Part shown: in pieces, positions 1-9,539 of the stretch
Layout of the letters: every line of letters begins with the position of its first letter
Numbering within the stretch: position 1 is the first letter of the stretch
Assembly (NCBI GenBank): GCA_044356215.1
Contig: JBIKWQ010000015.1
Location: forward strand, 1-50,251
Source: Bdellovibrionota bacterium
GTDB lineage: Bacteria > Bdellovibrionota_C > UBA2361 > OMII01
Direction of reading: 5' to 3'
Length of the DNA: 50,251 nt
Position numbers and translations under genes: made by a program
The notes under the pieces: generated by a model
Seen by the model: the letters and a program-made list of their open reading frames with translations, nothing else
The model's database searches: none
What the model was told of the DNA's origin: nothing

Positions 1-96
1 GCAGAGGACACAGAGAAAACCCCATAATTACCCATAAAATGGCCGTTCTCTGTGTCCTCTGCGTCCTCTGTGGTGATAAAGAACTGCGACGCCCTT
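1..96 (-). mobile_element. MITE-like hairpin element, copy cut by window edge
   Basis: Reverse complement matches the left part of the copy at 38094-38256; ends in TIR ACTGCGACGCCCTT. Confidence 0.9.
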
Positions 97-113
97 GGGC
101 TTTAGGGCGTTGT

Positions 114-142
114 TTGACTAGCCACCCGCCTAGATGTAAAAC
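114..142 (+). promoter_or_regulatory. Putative sigma70 promoter (TTGACT-N17-TAAAAC), start site near ATG 149
   Basis: -35 at 114-119, -10-like at 137-142; ATG 6 nt further with no Shine-Dalgarno. Confidence 0.45.
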
Positions 143-148
143 AATAGT

Positions 149-905
149 ATGTGTAGGATGTTTCTCCAAACTCACTACGGTTGAAGAAACCCCAACATTT
201 GAACTTCTATCTGCGCCCAACTCTCTTAAGAAGCAGGCGTACTGCGCCAACCTGATAAATGGGGAAAAGGGACCGCATAATGATGGCTGTGGAGTGGCGT
301 GGCTTGAGGGTGAAACTATTCGTTTAGATAAAAGAGGTCCAAATTCGGGGTGGGACTCCTATTTTGAAAACCGCATCAATTCATTGGCAACCAGAGCCTT
401 AATTGCGCACAACCGGAAAGCATCTACAGGATTAGAGATCAACCAGGAGATGTCACATCCCTATCAAATGGAGTACCGTAGCGAATCGATCGCGTTCTGT
501 CACAATGGAGGGATCAAAAGCTTCATGGAGGAGGCGCGGGATGATAGAATAGCGGATTCTCGGGTGTTTATTAATCGCCTTGCCAATAACATCTCCTCGC
601 TGACCCTCAGCGCCCTTAAAGATTTTCTCGCTGAAGCCGCCGACTCATGGGACTACACCTCAATCAGCGCCCTTCTACTCACGCAGAATAGCATATTTGC
701 TTGGCGCTGTTACCGAGCCAATGAGAGGAATCTCGAAAAAAGGGACGCCTATTACTCTCTCTATCTTCGTGACCGTCCGGACCAGGCCTGCCTCGCCTCA
801 GAGCCAATCGATAAAGAACGGGATTGGGAGCCACTTAAAAACAGAACGCTACTAGAGCTGCGCCAAATTGATGGTCGTATAAAAATTGAGCGGGTCACAT
901 TTTAG
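149..905 (+). pseudogene. Class II glutamine amidotransferase (YafJ/EgtC-like) with +1 frameshift after codon 4-5
   Basis: ATG TGT AGG ATG (MCRM, N-terminal Cys nucleophile) at 149 is one frame off the body (HNDGCGVAW, IAHNRKAS, HPY, FCHNGGI, DS, ASEP); removing one T of TTT161-163 gives MCRMFSKLTT... Confidence 0.8.
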
Positions 906-1293
906 CCTCTGTACTGTGATGGGACTAGCATCAGCTAGCTTCGATGCTCAATTTGGCGATAAAAACACTGATCTAGTCGCTATCTGCACCTCTGACCGTA
1001 ACGACTGCGCTAAGAGTGCGATTAAGCAGCTTCCAGTTCGGTGCACCGCTCGGTTTAGAAAAGACTTTGATAAATCGATCGCATCTTGCCAGGCTGACAA
1101 AACACTAACAGAACTATCTGCCTGCTTAAGAGAGGCAAAAGCGGCGATGAAATCACCTAGTTTTGCCGCGTGCAAAGACGCGAAAAGCATAATAGCCAGG
1201 CGCCAAAAGATCTCTGTGCCAACCGCGACGACACCCGCATCTAAGGTGCTGGCTAAAACATGCCCAGACCTTTTCAAGAAGGTTAATAGTTAA
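886..1293 (+). CDS. Small Cys-rich, probably secreted hypothetical protein (start uncertain)
   Basis: 135-aa ORF, 8 Cys, Lys/Ala-rich, weak signal-like N-terminus overlapping the upstream stop. Confidence 0.55.
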   Translation: MSGSHFSLCTVMGLASASFDAQFGDKNTDLVAICTSDRNDCAKSAIKQLPVRCTARFRKDFDKSIASCQADKTLTELSACLREAKAAMKSPSFAACKDAKSIIARRQKISVPTATTPASKVLAKTCPDLFKKVNS

Positions 1294-1305
1294 AACCTCA
1301 GAAGA

Positions 1306-1535
1306 GGCATCGCCGGATACCACTACTTTGAGGGGCTCTCAGCAATCGACTCCTTCGCCAACGCTGCGATGATCCTCTCAGGTATGGGCCCATTAAATCA
1401 ACTAAGTACCGACAGGGAAAGATCTTCGCTGGAATCTACGCTCTCTTTAGTGGGCTAACATTTATAACAGTCGCTGTTGTGGTTCTATCACCGATTGCTC
1501 ATCGTATCTTTCACCGCTTTCATCTGGAGCCTTGA
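1306..1535 (+). pseudogene. 5'-truncated, frameshifted small membrane protein (potassium-channel-like two-TM family)
   Basis: Reads GIAGYHYFEGLSAIDSFANAAMILSGMGPLNQLSTD / GKIFAGIYALFSGLTFITVAVVVLSPIAHRIFHRFHLEP*; frame changes at ~1414; in-frame stop at 1291 and no start codon. Confidence 0.7.
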
Positions 1536-1588
1536 CCTCTTAATCCTGCACCTATCTCCTCCTCCTTCTCCTTGTCCTCATTCTGCAC

Positions 1589-1614
1589 GGTCAATCCCTA
1601 AATAGAGTTTACAT
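1589..1614 (+). repeat. GGTCAATCCCTAAATAG..TTACAT dispersed repeat, copy 1 (IS-end-like)
   Basis: 17-bp core identical at 1589, 2045 and 10970. Confidence 0.8.
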
Positions 1615-1706
1615 CAAATAAGCTATTTTGAGGTAAGGGGGCCACGGAGCGATGAATAGCTGTTACAGGGGAATAGCGATAACCAAGCCTAGGGCAAGCC
1701 CACACT

Positions 1707-1731
1707 AAGCGGCGCGGGAGCGCCGCGCTCC
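1707..1731. repeat. REP-like palindrome
   Basis: GCGGCGC-GGGA-GCGCCGC hairpin followed by GCTCC. Confidence 0.5.
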
Positions 1732-1754
1732 GAAAGATGCTCCTTTAATCCTAG

Positions 1755-1913
1755 CCTCTGTGATCCTCTGTGTTCCTCTGTGTTTCCATTCTAGATGTTA
1801 CGGATAGGGAGAAAACCACAGAGGTACACAGAGTATCACAGAGGTTATAATCCAAAGAGTCAGCCAGGCCACGATTAAATTATATTCCCCTCTCTGTGTT
1901 CCTCTGTGGTTTC
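1755..1913. repeat. Cluster of CACAGAG/CTCTGTG 10-bp-period repeats in alternating orientation
   Basis: CCTCTGTGWT x3 (1755-1784), inverse x3 (1815-1844), forward x2 (1891-1910). Confidence 0.8.
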
Positions 1914-1951
1914 CTCTTCCCTTGAGCCTGTAGAACTATCTTAGAATAAAT

Positions 1952-2000
1952 TCTACATTGAGGTCGCGGAGGGCCACGGAGATTGAACTTTGCTTATTTC
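1952..2000 (+). repeat. Dispersed repeat homologous to the left arm of the 23716-23808 hairpin
   Basis: TCTACATTGAGGTCGCGGAGGGCCACGGAGATTGAACTTTGCTTATTTC vs TCTACATCGAGGTCACGGAGAGCCGCGAAGATTTTACTTTGCTCATTTC; related fragment at ~1630-1657. Confidence 0.75.
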
Positions 2001-2044
2001 ACCTATCTGAAGAGGAGGAGATAGGTGTAGGTGCAGGAGAAAGA

Positions 2045-2069
2045 GGTCAATCCCTAAATAGGCTTACAT
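2045..2069 (+). repeat. GGTCAATCCCTAAATAG repeat, copy 2
   Basis: Exact core match to 1589 and 10970. Confidence 0.8.
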
Positions 2070-2091
2070 GTTTTTCTCCTAATTCTTCTCT

Positions 2092-3819
2092 TCATCCTGC
2101 CTTATTCCCCCCCCCTCCCCTCAACTCAACAACCCGATCAACCCGAGCCAAGGTCTCTAGACGGTGCGCTATCGTGATTACAGTTCTATCAGCTAAAGCA
2201 TCCCTTAATACCGACTGAATCGCCGCATCAGTGATCGTATCAACTCCACTTGTTGGCTCATCGAGCAAGACAAAGGGCTGTTTTGACAGAACCACCCGCG
2301 CTAAACACACAAGCTGTCTCTGGCCTACTGATAAGTTGCTACCTCCCTCAAGGATCGGCATATTGAGATCAAATGAAAGCCCTGTTGTTATTAACGCCTC
2401 ACGCACCTGCTCGTCTGTGTGGTGATTTAAACGATCTATATTAGACCGCAGTGTTCCCTCAAAGAGATACGGATCCTGCGGGACAACCGCAAATAGATCA
2501 CGCGCCTGATTGACAGGCATCTGCAAAATCGACCTGCCACCTACAGTAATATCTCCACCACGAACGTATACCATCCTAAAAAGAGCCTGTACAAAGCTAG
2601 TCTTTCCGGAGCCAGTCCTACCAACAAGTCCGACCTTAGAGCCGCTTTTTATCGTCAGGTTTAGGTTATTAAGGATAACAGGAGTGTTCTCACGGTAGCT
2701 CATTGAGTAATTTTTAAACTCTAGATCTCCCGGATGCTCATCCAACACAAGATTATTCACGACTTCATCTGCACTATCACGCTTTACACCATCGGCGCTC
2801 TCCTCTGATGGAAGATCCACATATTCAAATACACGTCTTGCGTGGCCAATAGTCTCGAACAACATTCCAAGGGACCATGTTAGCCACTTAAAGACCATCG
2901 AGATCTTAAACGAAGCCGTGATTATTACCCCACCTACCACAGGTGAAAGCGATCCGGAATGAATTCCTAGGTAGACAGCGAGCAGGATAACCGAACCGTA
3001 GACCGCGACACCCAAGTCCGCGATACACTGCCCCCACGCCTCTATACGCCCGCGCAAGAAATGCATCTGCATAAATCCGTGCGCGGCGTCACCTAGCCTT
3101 CTCATAAGCGCTGGCAACTGGCCGTAGATCGCGTAACACCTAACACCTTCAATCAGGTCAGTCTCACGGTGAAGCACCTCACCAAAACGCGCCGAGCGTA
3201 AAACAATTAGCTTCTGTAAGATCGGTGCTATATTTCGCTGCACGTAAAGGAAGAATAGAAATGTTGGGATCGCTATTAACGCCGCGACTGGACTCGCTAA
3301 CGCCACAACCCCTGTAATCACCATCAGATCAACAACCGCCGATGATGTATCTCCCAACCTTACCGGTAGCATCATCCTTAAACTATCAGCGTCTTTAACG
3401 ACCCTATTGATAATCTTTCCCGATGGGTACTCATCAAAAAATGTCGTTCGAGTTGCGTTTAAACCCTTAACCATCTTCTGACTTAAACTCTTGGCAAAAA
3501 CTTGGCCGCCCGACTCAAAAGAGATCCACTGGATAGCGCGAATGATAAACGCGCATATAACTAAAGCAGCGAGTGTGTATATCGTTAAATTAACGGCAAT
3601 ACCCGCGAAGCTAACAGCCGCTGAGTCTCCTCCGCCCTCAACCAGAGCGCCACACCCCCAGGTCACTAATTGAGGGACTAGAGATCCAGCTAATCCGATA
3701 ATCAGATTAGGTATCAACATGTAGCGAATAAACGGAACCTCGCGGAGATAGCGCCGAAGCAACGTGAAGTTTCCCTTAATCTCACCAGCGGTTTCTTGAG
3801 TAGTAAAGGTATCAGCCAC
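2092..3819 (-). CDS. ABC transporter TMD-NBD, ABCC/MRP second-half type
   Basis: [49 protein letters not shown]; likely start GTG 3819 with GGAGGAG upstream, overlapping the stop of the partner gene. Confidence 0.9.
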   Translation of the reverse strand: MADTFTTQETAGEIKGNFTLLRRYLREVPFIRYMLIPNLIIGLAGSLVPQLVTWGCGALVEGGGDSAAVSFAGIAVNLTIYTLAALVICAFIIRAIQWISFESGGQVFAKSLSQKMVKGLNATRTTFFDEYPSGKIINRVVKDADSLRMMLPVRLGDTSSAVVDLMVITGVVALASPVAALIAIPTFLFFLYVQRNIAPILQKLIVLRSARFGEVLHRETDLIEGVRCYAIYGQLPALMRRLGDAAHGFMQMHFLRGRIEAWGQCIADLGVAVYGSVILLAVYLGIHSGSLSPVVGGVIITASFKISMVFKWLTWSLGMLFETIGHARRVFEYVDLPSEESADGVKRDSADEVVNNLVLDEHPGDLEFKNYSMSYRENTPVILNNLNLTIKSGSKVGLVGRTGSGKTSFVQALFRMVYVRGGDITVGGRSILQMPVNQARDLFAVVPQDPYLFEGTLRSNIDRLNHHTDEQVREALITTGLSFDLNMPILEGGSNLSVGQRQLVCLARVVLSKQPFVLLDEPTSGVDTITDAAIQSVLRDALADRTVITIAHRLETLARVDRVVELRGGGGNKAG

Positions 3820-5716
3820 CGTGCTCCTCCACTGCTCTAAGATAGCTAGAGAACCGCGAGTCTGAATCCTTGGCGAGGAGCTTAGGATCTCCATCCTCAA
3901 CGATCCGTCCACTATCTAAAACCACCACACGATCACACCGCTCCAGTTCAGCCAAACGGTGCGACACCAATAAAAGCCCCTTTGCTTCATTTAAGATCGT
4001 TGTAATTAATGCTCGCTCTGTGGTTTGATCTACGGCACTTAACGGATCATCTAGAAACATCACCGGGCGCTTTGAGATAAACGCTCGCGCCAAACTAACT
4101 CTCTGCCGCTGACCGCCTGAGAGATTTATCCCCGACTCGCCCACCTCTTCTTCTAAACCTCGAGAGAAGAGCGCTAGATCTGTGGCTAGTTCCGCCATAT
4201 CGATCGCTTGCGCAACACTCTGCTCTGAAGATGCGCCCGATAGATCTATATTTAAGCGCATCGAGCTGTTTGAAAGAAAAGGCTGTTGCGGTGAATAGGC
4301 GACGTGAGAGCGAAACGCGTGATAAACATCAGATCTCCACAATGGCCCAAAGCTACCATCACTAAACTTAATCGAGATCTCACCACCTGATGCAGGTAGC
4401 TCACCTAAGAGGATCTCTAGCAAAGTAGTCTTACCACTTCCGACAGATCCAACTATCGCCGTGCGCTTAGTTAGATCAAACTCAACCGAGATCCGATCTA
4501 GCGCGACTCTCCCAGCAAAATCGTGTCGAAGATCCCTTACTATCACCGCGACCGGAGTCGCGCATTGATCTACCTCTCTATTACTCGCGCCGTTAGCTGC
4601 TGGGTCAAATCCTTGAATCTCATCATCAAGCTCAGGTTGCTCTAAAAGCTCCAGCGTCCGCCCGGCTCCAGCCGAAGCCGAACCAAGGAGCGAGAACGAC
4701 CACGGGATCCACTGGATGCTGAGCATGACGTGCTCAATTAACCAAAATGAAGAGAAGAGCTCCGCGACCGAGAGATCCACATTACGCGCCTTTGCCACGA
4801 ATATTAGAGTAACAAGTGGCACGATCGACCAGCTATGCGAGATCGCCCAAACAAATAATCCGATACCGTGTCGCAGCGCCGCGAAGTTTACATACGAGCT
4901 AGCACGCTGGTTTATCTCTGATTGAATCGTGTCGCTCCACCCCAAGAACCTAACTAACCGAATGTTTTTTACCCATTCGCCAACCGCTGTGATTAAAGAG
5001 TCCTGCCGCTTCTGCACAGCTCTCTGAACAAACTCAATTCCGTACATCCCGAGCGACGCGAGCGGAATTAAAATAAGACCAACACTTAAACTAATCAAAC
5101 CTATTGGCCCAGATAAGATCCAAATAGCCGGGATCGCCACAAATATAGAGACCAGCGCTGGGGTCCACTGTTGTAGTGCTGCGCTTAAGAAATCCTCGAT
5201 CGCCTCAACGTCAGAACCAATTAAGGTTTTTAATTGACCCTTGGAGAACTTAATCCGCCCCGCTGGCGAGATACGCGCCAACTTCTGATTGATTACATGA
5301 TAGAGCGTTATCTGAATACCGCGGTGTATCTGAAGACGCCTGCAGACGTTTCTATACTCTATCGCAATCTGCGCGACCTTTATTGTGAAGTAGAGTGAAA
5401 CGAGACCTACTCCAACCCACAAGGTCGCCCGCGCCTGAAATATCTCGCGCGCCAAAAGAGTGGCCGAGAGGACTAAAAGGGCGCTAGCTAGGCTCCAGAC
5501 CAGTACCTCAGCGATCAGATCTGACAGGGAGCGCAGCACCCAGATAAATAAAGAGAGCTTTGAGCGGATCCGCGAGGTATCGATCTCGGCGTTTGCCGCG
5601 GCGATATCGAGCTGGCGCTTAACTGCCTTGTGCAGAGCTATCGGCTCAAATTCAGTCGCCGCTAATATTTGCCGCCTGTGCTCCGCGGGTGATCTGAGAA
5701 ACTTAAATTTATACAT
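3812..5716 (-). CDS. ABC transporter TMD-NBD, ABCC/MRP first-half type
   Basis: [40 protein letters not shown]-terminal TM helices. Confidence 0.9.
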   Translation of the reverse strand: MYKFKFLRSPAEHRRQILAATEFEPIALHKAVKRQLDIAAANAEIDTSRIRSKLSLFIWVLRSLSDLIAEVLVWSLASALLVLSATLLAREIFQARATLWVGVGLVSLYFTIKVAQIAIEYRNVCRRLQIHRGIQITLYHVINQKLARISPAGRIKFSKGQLKTLIGSDVEAIEDFLSAALQQWTPALVSIFVAIPAIWILSGPIGLISLSVGLILIPLASLGMYGIEFVQRAVQKRQDSLITAVGEWVKNIRLVRFLGWSDTIQSEINQRASSYVNFAALRHGIGLFVWAISHSWSIVPLVTLIFVAKARNVDLSVAELFSSFWLIEHVMLSIQWIPWSFSLLGSASAGAGRTLELLEQPELDDEIQGFDPAANGASNREVDQCATPVAVIVRDLRHDFAGRVALDRISVEFDLTKRTAIVGSVGSGKTTLLEILLGELPASGGEISIKFSDGSFGPLWRSDVYHAFRSHVAYSPQQPFLSNSSMRLNIDLSGASSEQSVAQAIDMAELATDLALFSRGLEEEVGESGINLSGGQRQRVSLARAFISKRPVMFLDDPLSAVDQTTERALITTILNEAKGLLLVSHRLAELERCDRVVVLDSGRIVEDGDPKLLAKDSDSRFSSYLRAVEEHGG

Positions 5717-5940
5717 CTTATAAGACGCCGTTTCATCCTATCGAAGCACCTTAACCGATACCTTTACCGATAATTAGGCATCATCTTTCTAGGTAATAGG
5801 GATCTAACACCAACCTGCTGCAAACGTTGTTTTGCAAATAGTGGTCGTTGATAGTTGCTTAATCGCCCCCTTAACCTGTAAAGAGATGAGCTCCTCTTGC
5901 ATCGGATACTATATATATAGAGCACGGACAAAGATACACC

Positions 5941-8652
5941 ATGGAAAAGCGGCTAGTCATCGTCGAATCCCCAACTAAGGCCAAAACGATCAGTAAATTC
6001 CTGTCTAACGACTTCGAGGTTTTGGCATCGTACGGCCACGTTAGAGACCTGCCGACCAACGCGTCTGAGATCCCCGCTGACTTAAAGAAGCAAAAATGGT
6101 CGCGACTTGGAGTAAATGTCGATGATAATTTCAACCCTCTCTACGTCGTTCCGGCTGACAAAGAGAAGCGGGTTAATGAATTAAAGAGAGCCGTAAAGAA
6201 CGCCTCAGAAGTATATCTCGCAACCGACGAAGATCGCGAAGGAGAGTCGATCAGTTGGCACTTATTATCTCTTTTAAACCCAAAGGTTCCGGTTAAAAGG
6301 CTCGTCTTTCACGAGATTACCAAGAAAGCGATTGAGGAGAGCTTACAGCATGCCCGCACAATCGATGAGAACTTAGTTCGCGCTCAAGAGACGCGCCGAA
6401 TTATTGATCGCTTATACGGATACTCTGTCAGCCCGCTACTGTGGAAGAAGATGGTCCCCCGTCTAAGCGCGGGTCGCGTTCAGAGCGTGGCTATTAGGCT
6501 ACTAGTTCAGCGAGAGCGCGAGAGAGCTAAGTTTAGATCCGCTGATTTCTGGGATCTAAAAGCTACATTTGTATCACCTGAAAACCCAAATATCCCATTT
6601 GACGCGACCCTTACTCATGTAGGTGATAAACGCGTAGCGGATGGAAAGGACTTCGACTCAAATACCGGCAAGTTGCATGGCAAGAGCGACGTAGTCCTCT
6701 TAGATGAGGCCGCGGCGACTAAACTCTCTGAGAGCTTAGCGAAGACTCAAGCTAGAGTATCAGAGGTTGAGAGCAAGCCATTTACTCAGAAGCCTTACGC
6801 GCCATTTACAACGAGTACGTTACAACAGGAGGCTAACCGCAAATTAGGCTTCGGGGCGAAACGCACGATGGCCGTCGCGCAGACTCTTTACGAGAACGGT
6901 TTCATCACCTACATGCGTACTGACTCAACGACATTGTCAGAAGAGGCTTTAAGCGCGGCGCGCAGCCTAATCTCGCGTGAATTTGGGCCTGATTACCTCT
7001 CTGAGCAACCTCGAATCTACAAAACTAAGGTAAAGAACGCTCAAGAGGCGCACGAAGCGATCAGACCAGCGGGGGTTGAGTTCACACACCCAAGCGTTGT
7101 TAAGGATCGTCTGGGGCTTGAGGCGGTTCGTTTGTATGAGCTGATCTGGAAACGCACTCTGGCATCTCAGATGAGAGATGCTGAGGGCACAAGGGTCGCT
7201 GTTTCTGTCGCCGTTGATAACGCCACATTTAAGGCTAGCGGAAAGACGATCTCGTTTCCTGGATTCTTAAGAGCATACGTTGAGGGCTCAGACGATCCAG
7301 AGGGCGATCTCGCCGATCAGGATCGCAACTTACCACCACTAAAAGTTGGTGATGGTGTTAACTCAGATAAGTACGATGTAGTTAAGCACTCAACTCAACC
7401 TCCGGCGCGCTTTACTGAAGGTAGCTTGATTAAGGAGCTTGAGCGCTTAGGTATCGGACGCCCGAGTACCTGGGCAACTATCGTAGATGTAGTTCTCTCG
7501 CGTGATTACGCCTTTAAAAAAGGCCCAGCGCTTGTGCCAAGCTACCTAGCGATAGGTGTGACGGGGCTACTAGAGGGTTACTTCTCGCATTTAGTGGATT
7601 ACGAGTTCACCGCTAGACTAGAGGACGATCTAGATTCGATCTCTCGTGGTGAGTTAGACAACTTAGAGAAGCTGCGCTCTTTCTACTTCGGAGAGCAACA
7701 AGCCCTTAAAGGTTTAAAAGATCTCGTTTCCGAGGGAGATCAAACGATCGACCCAAGAGAGGTCTGCGGAATACGACTTGGAGAGGATTCTAAAGGACGC
7801 AAGGTCGAAGTCCGCATCGGGCGCTATGGTCCGTTTCTCTCAAATGGAGAGGATCGGGTTGGAGTCCCTGACTCACTCCCCTTTGATGAATTAACACCCG
7901 AGGTAGCGGAGAAGCTACTTGTGGCTGGAGCGAAGAAGGCCGAGGCGCTCGGTATAGATCCGGTTTCAAACCTTCCCGTTTACTTTAAAAGTGGACGTTT
8001 CGGGCCGTATTTTCAACTAGGTGATATGGGCGAGGGTGGTACAAAGCCTAAGATGGCCTCAATCCTCCCTGGTATGAACACCGAATCCGTAACTCTAGAG
8101 TTAGCGCTGCGGATCTTGGAGCTACCAAAGGTCATCGGAGTTAACCCTGAAAACAACACAGAAGTACTGGTGGCGAATGGAAAGTTCGGTCCGTATGTAA
8201 AGTGCGGAACTGATAGCCGCTCGATCCCAGCAGACGAGTCACCATTAACTATCTCTCTTGAGCGCGCACTTGAGCTACTCAAGCAACCACGAGTAGCCGC
8301 TCGCACAACGAGTCAGCCAAAGACCATTAAGGAGCTAGGCAAAAACCCTGAGAGTGGCGAGACGATCCAGATTAAGAACGGAAGATACGGACTCTACGTC
8401 ACAGATGGAACTATTAACGCCACTCTGCAACAAGGTGTTGATCCTGAGGCGATAACCCTCGATGAGGCGATCTCTTTAATTAAAGCGAGAGCCGAGAGAG
8501 GCCCAAGCAAGAAGAAGCGTGGCAAGCGAGCCCCAAAAACAGCCGCTGATGGAGCGGGAGAGGAGAGCGCTAAAAAGCCTAAAAAAACCTACGCTAAATC
8601 TACAGATAAGAAGAAAACTAAGAGCCCAAGAAAGAAAGCCGTCGGAGACTAA
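5941..8652 (+). CDS. topA: DNA topoisomerase I
   Basis: LVIVESPTKAKTI, ATDEDREGE, SAGRVQS, ITYMRTDS, AQEAHEAIRP, C-terminal GRYGPY-type repeats, Lys-rich tail. Confidence 0.98.
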   Translation: MEKRLVIVESPTKAKTISKFLSNDFEVLASYGHVRDLPTNASEIPADLKKQKWSRLGVNVDDNFNPLYVVPADKEKRVNELKRAVKNASEVYLATDEDREGESISWHLLSLLNPKVPVKRLVFHEITKKAIEESLQHARTIDENLVRAQETRRIIDRLYGYSVSPLLWKKMVPRLSAGRVQSVAIRLLVQRERERAKFRSADFWDLKATFVSPENPNIPFDATLTHVGDKRVADGKDFDSNTGKLHGKSDVVLLDEAAATKLSESLAKTQARVSEVESKPFTQKPYAPFTTSTLQQEANRKLGFGAKRTMAVAQTLYENGFITYMRTDSTTLSEEALSAARSLISREFGPDYLSEQPRIYKTKVKNAQEAHEAIRPAGVEFTHPSVVKDRLGLEAVRLYELIWKRTLASQMRDAEGTRVAVSVAVDNATFKASGKTISFPGFLRAYVEGSDDPEGDLADQDRNLPPLKVGDGVNSDKYDVVKHSTQPPARFTEGSLIKELERLGIGRPSTWATIVDVVLSRDYAFKKGPALVPSYLAIGVTGLLEGYFSHLVDYEFTARLEDDLDSISRGELDNLEKLRSFYFGEQQALKGLKDLVSEGDQTIDPREVCGIRLGEDSKGRKVEVRIGRYGPFLSNGEDRVGVPDSLPFDELTPEVAEKLLVAGAKKAEALGIDPVSNLPVYFKSGRFGPYFQLGDMGEGGTKPKMASILPGMNTESVTLELALRILELPKVIGVNPENNTEVLVANGKFGPYVKCGTDSRSIPADESPLTISLERALELLKQPRVAARTTSQPKTIKELGKNPESGETIQIKNGRYGLYVTDGTINATLQQGVDPEAITLDEAISLIKARAERGPSKKKRGKRAPKTAADGAGEESAKKPKKTYAKSTDKKKTKSPRKKAVGD

Positions 8653-9539
8653 TGGCAACGATCTTCTTAGTATCGGTACTGTTTTTTATACTAGGCGCCA
8701 TTATCGGCAGCTTCTTAAGCGTCTGCGTTTATCGAATCCCGATGGGCAAATACGAGCCCACTCGTGAGGGGATCAAAGAGCTAGATCACCCCGTGTCGAT
8801 AATATCCCCGGCGCGATCATTCTGCCCCAACTGCGAGCAGCAGATCGCCTGGTACAATAATATCCCGATCGTTTCATGGCTGACTCTGCGTGGCCGCTGC
8901 GCTTCGTGCGACGCTTCGATTCCATTTAGATACCTTCTAATTGAATTGCTCACGGCATTTCTCTCGGTTTGTTGCTATCTCCGTTTCGGGTTTGGCTTAA
9001 CAGCCTTTGTGGCTCTTATCGTTGTATCAGCGCTTGTCGTAATTACATTTATCGATATCGACTATATGATCATCCCGGATCTGATCACCTATCCGGGGAT
9101 CGCTTTGGGACTCCTACTGGGTGCTTTATCGTCGCTCCTTAACGGCTCAGGAATCCTTCCGCTACAGCTACCATTCGCGCAGAATTTCACCGATTCATTC
9201 GCCGGGGTCACGGTAGGCGCTGGAATACTCTACTTAGTGTGGTGGTTGTACCTAGTAATCAGACGGCGCGAGGGCTTGGGTCTGGGCGATATCAAGTTAC
9301 TTGGGATGCTGGGAGCTATCTTTGGATATGAGTGCGCCCTGGCTACTATCTTTGTTGGTTCGGTGCTCGGTTCTGTTTTTGGTCTCCTTCTGATTCTGGC
9401 TGGGAAGCACAGGTACTCTATGCACCTTTCGTTTGGACCTTACCTAGTCGTAGCCTTTATTTTATTTCTCTTTAACTTCCTAAACCTGATTAACTATCTT
9501 CGAGGTGTCACCAGCGGCACGATCTGGAGGGCGTTTTAA
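8652..9539 (+). CDS. pilD: Prepilin peptidase / N-methyltransferase
   Basis: GSFLSVCVYRIP, two CxxC motifs, DIDYMIIPD, GLGDIKL, FGPYL; TAATG overlap with topA. Confidence 0.93.
   Translation: MATIFLVSVLFFILGAIIGSFLSVCVYRIPMGKYEPTREGIKELDHPVSIISPARSFCPNCEQQIAWYNNIPIVSWLTLRGRCASCDASIPFRYLLIELLTAFLSVCCYLRFGFGLTAFVALIVVSALVVITFIDIDYMIIPDLITYPGIALGLLLGALSSLLNGSGILPLQLPFAQNFTDSFAGVTVGAGILYLVWWLYLVIRRREGLGLGDIKLLGMLGAIFGYECALATIFVGSVLGSVFGLLLILAGKHRYSMHLSFGPYLVVAFILFLFNFLNLINYLRGVTSGTIWRAF

Larger units (their letters stand above)
1532..2050. repeat. Inverted repeat pair (1532-1565 / 2012-2050) enclosing a mosaic of short repeat families
   Basis: TTGACCTCTTAATCCTGCACCTATCTCCTCCTC versus reverse complement of GAGGAGGAGATAGGTGTAGGTGCAGGAGAAAGAGGTCAA. 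Confidence 0.75.

Noticed and set aside
39..148. N-terminal extension MAVLCVLCVLC of the 39..905 ORF
   Set aside because: Derived from the repeat; the family-typical start is MCRM at 149.
1755..1913. Possible CRISPR array
   Set aside because: Repeats are 10-bp units in alternating orientation without regular unique spacers, and no cas genes are present.
1958..2218. 86-aa + strand ORF and the many short ORFs antisense or internal to long genes
   Set aside because: They overlap repeats or well-supported genes and show no recognisable motifs.
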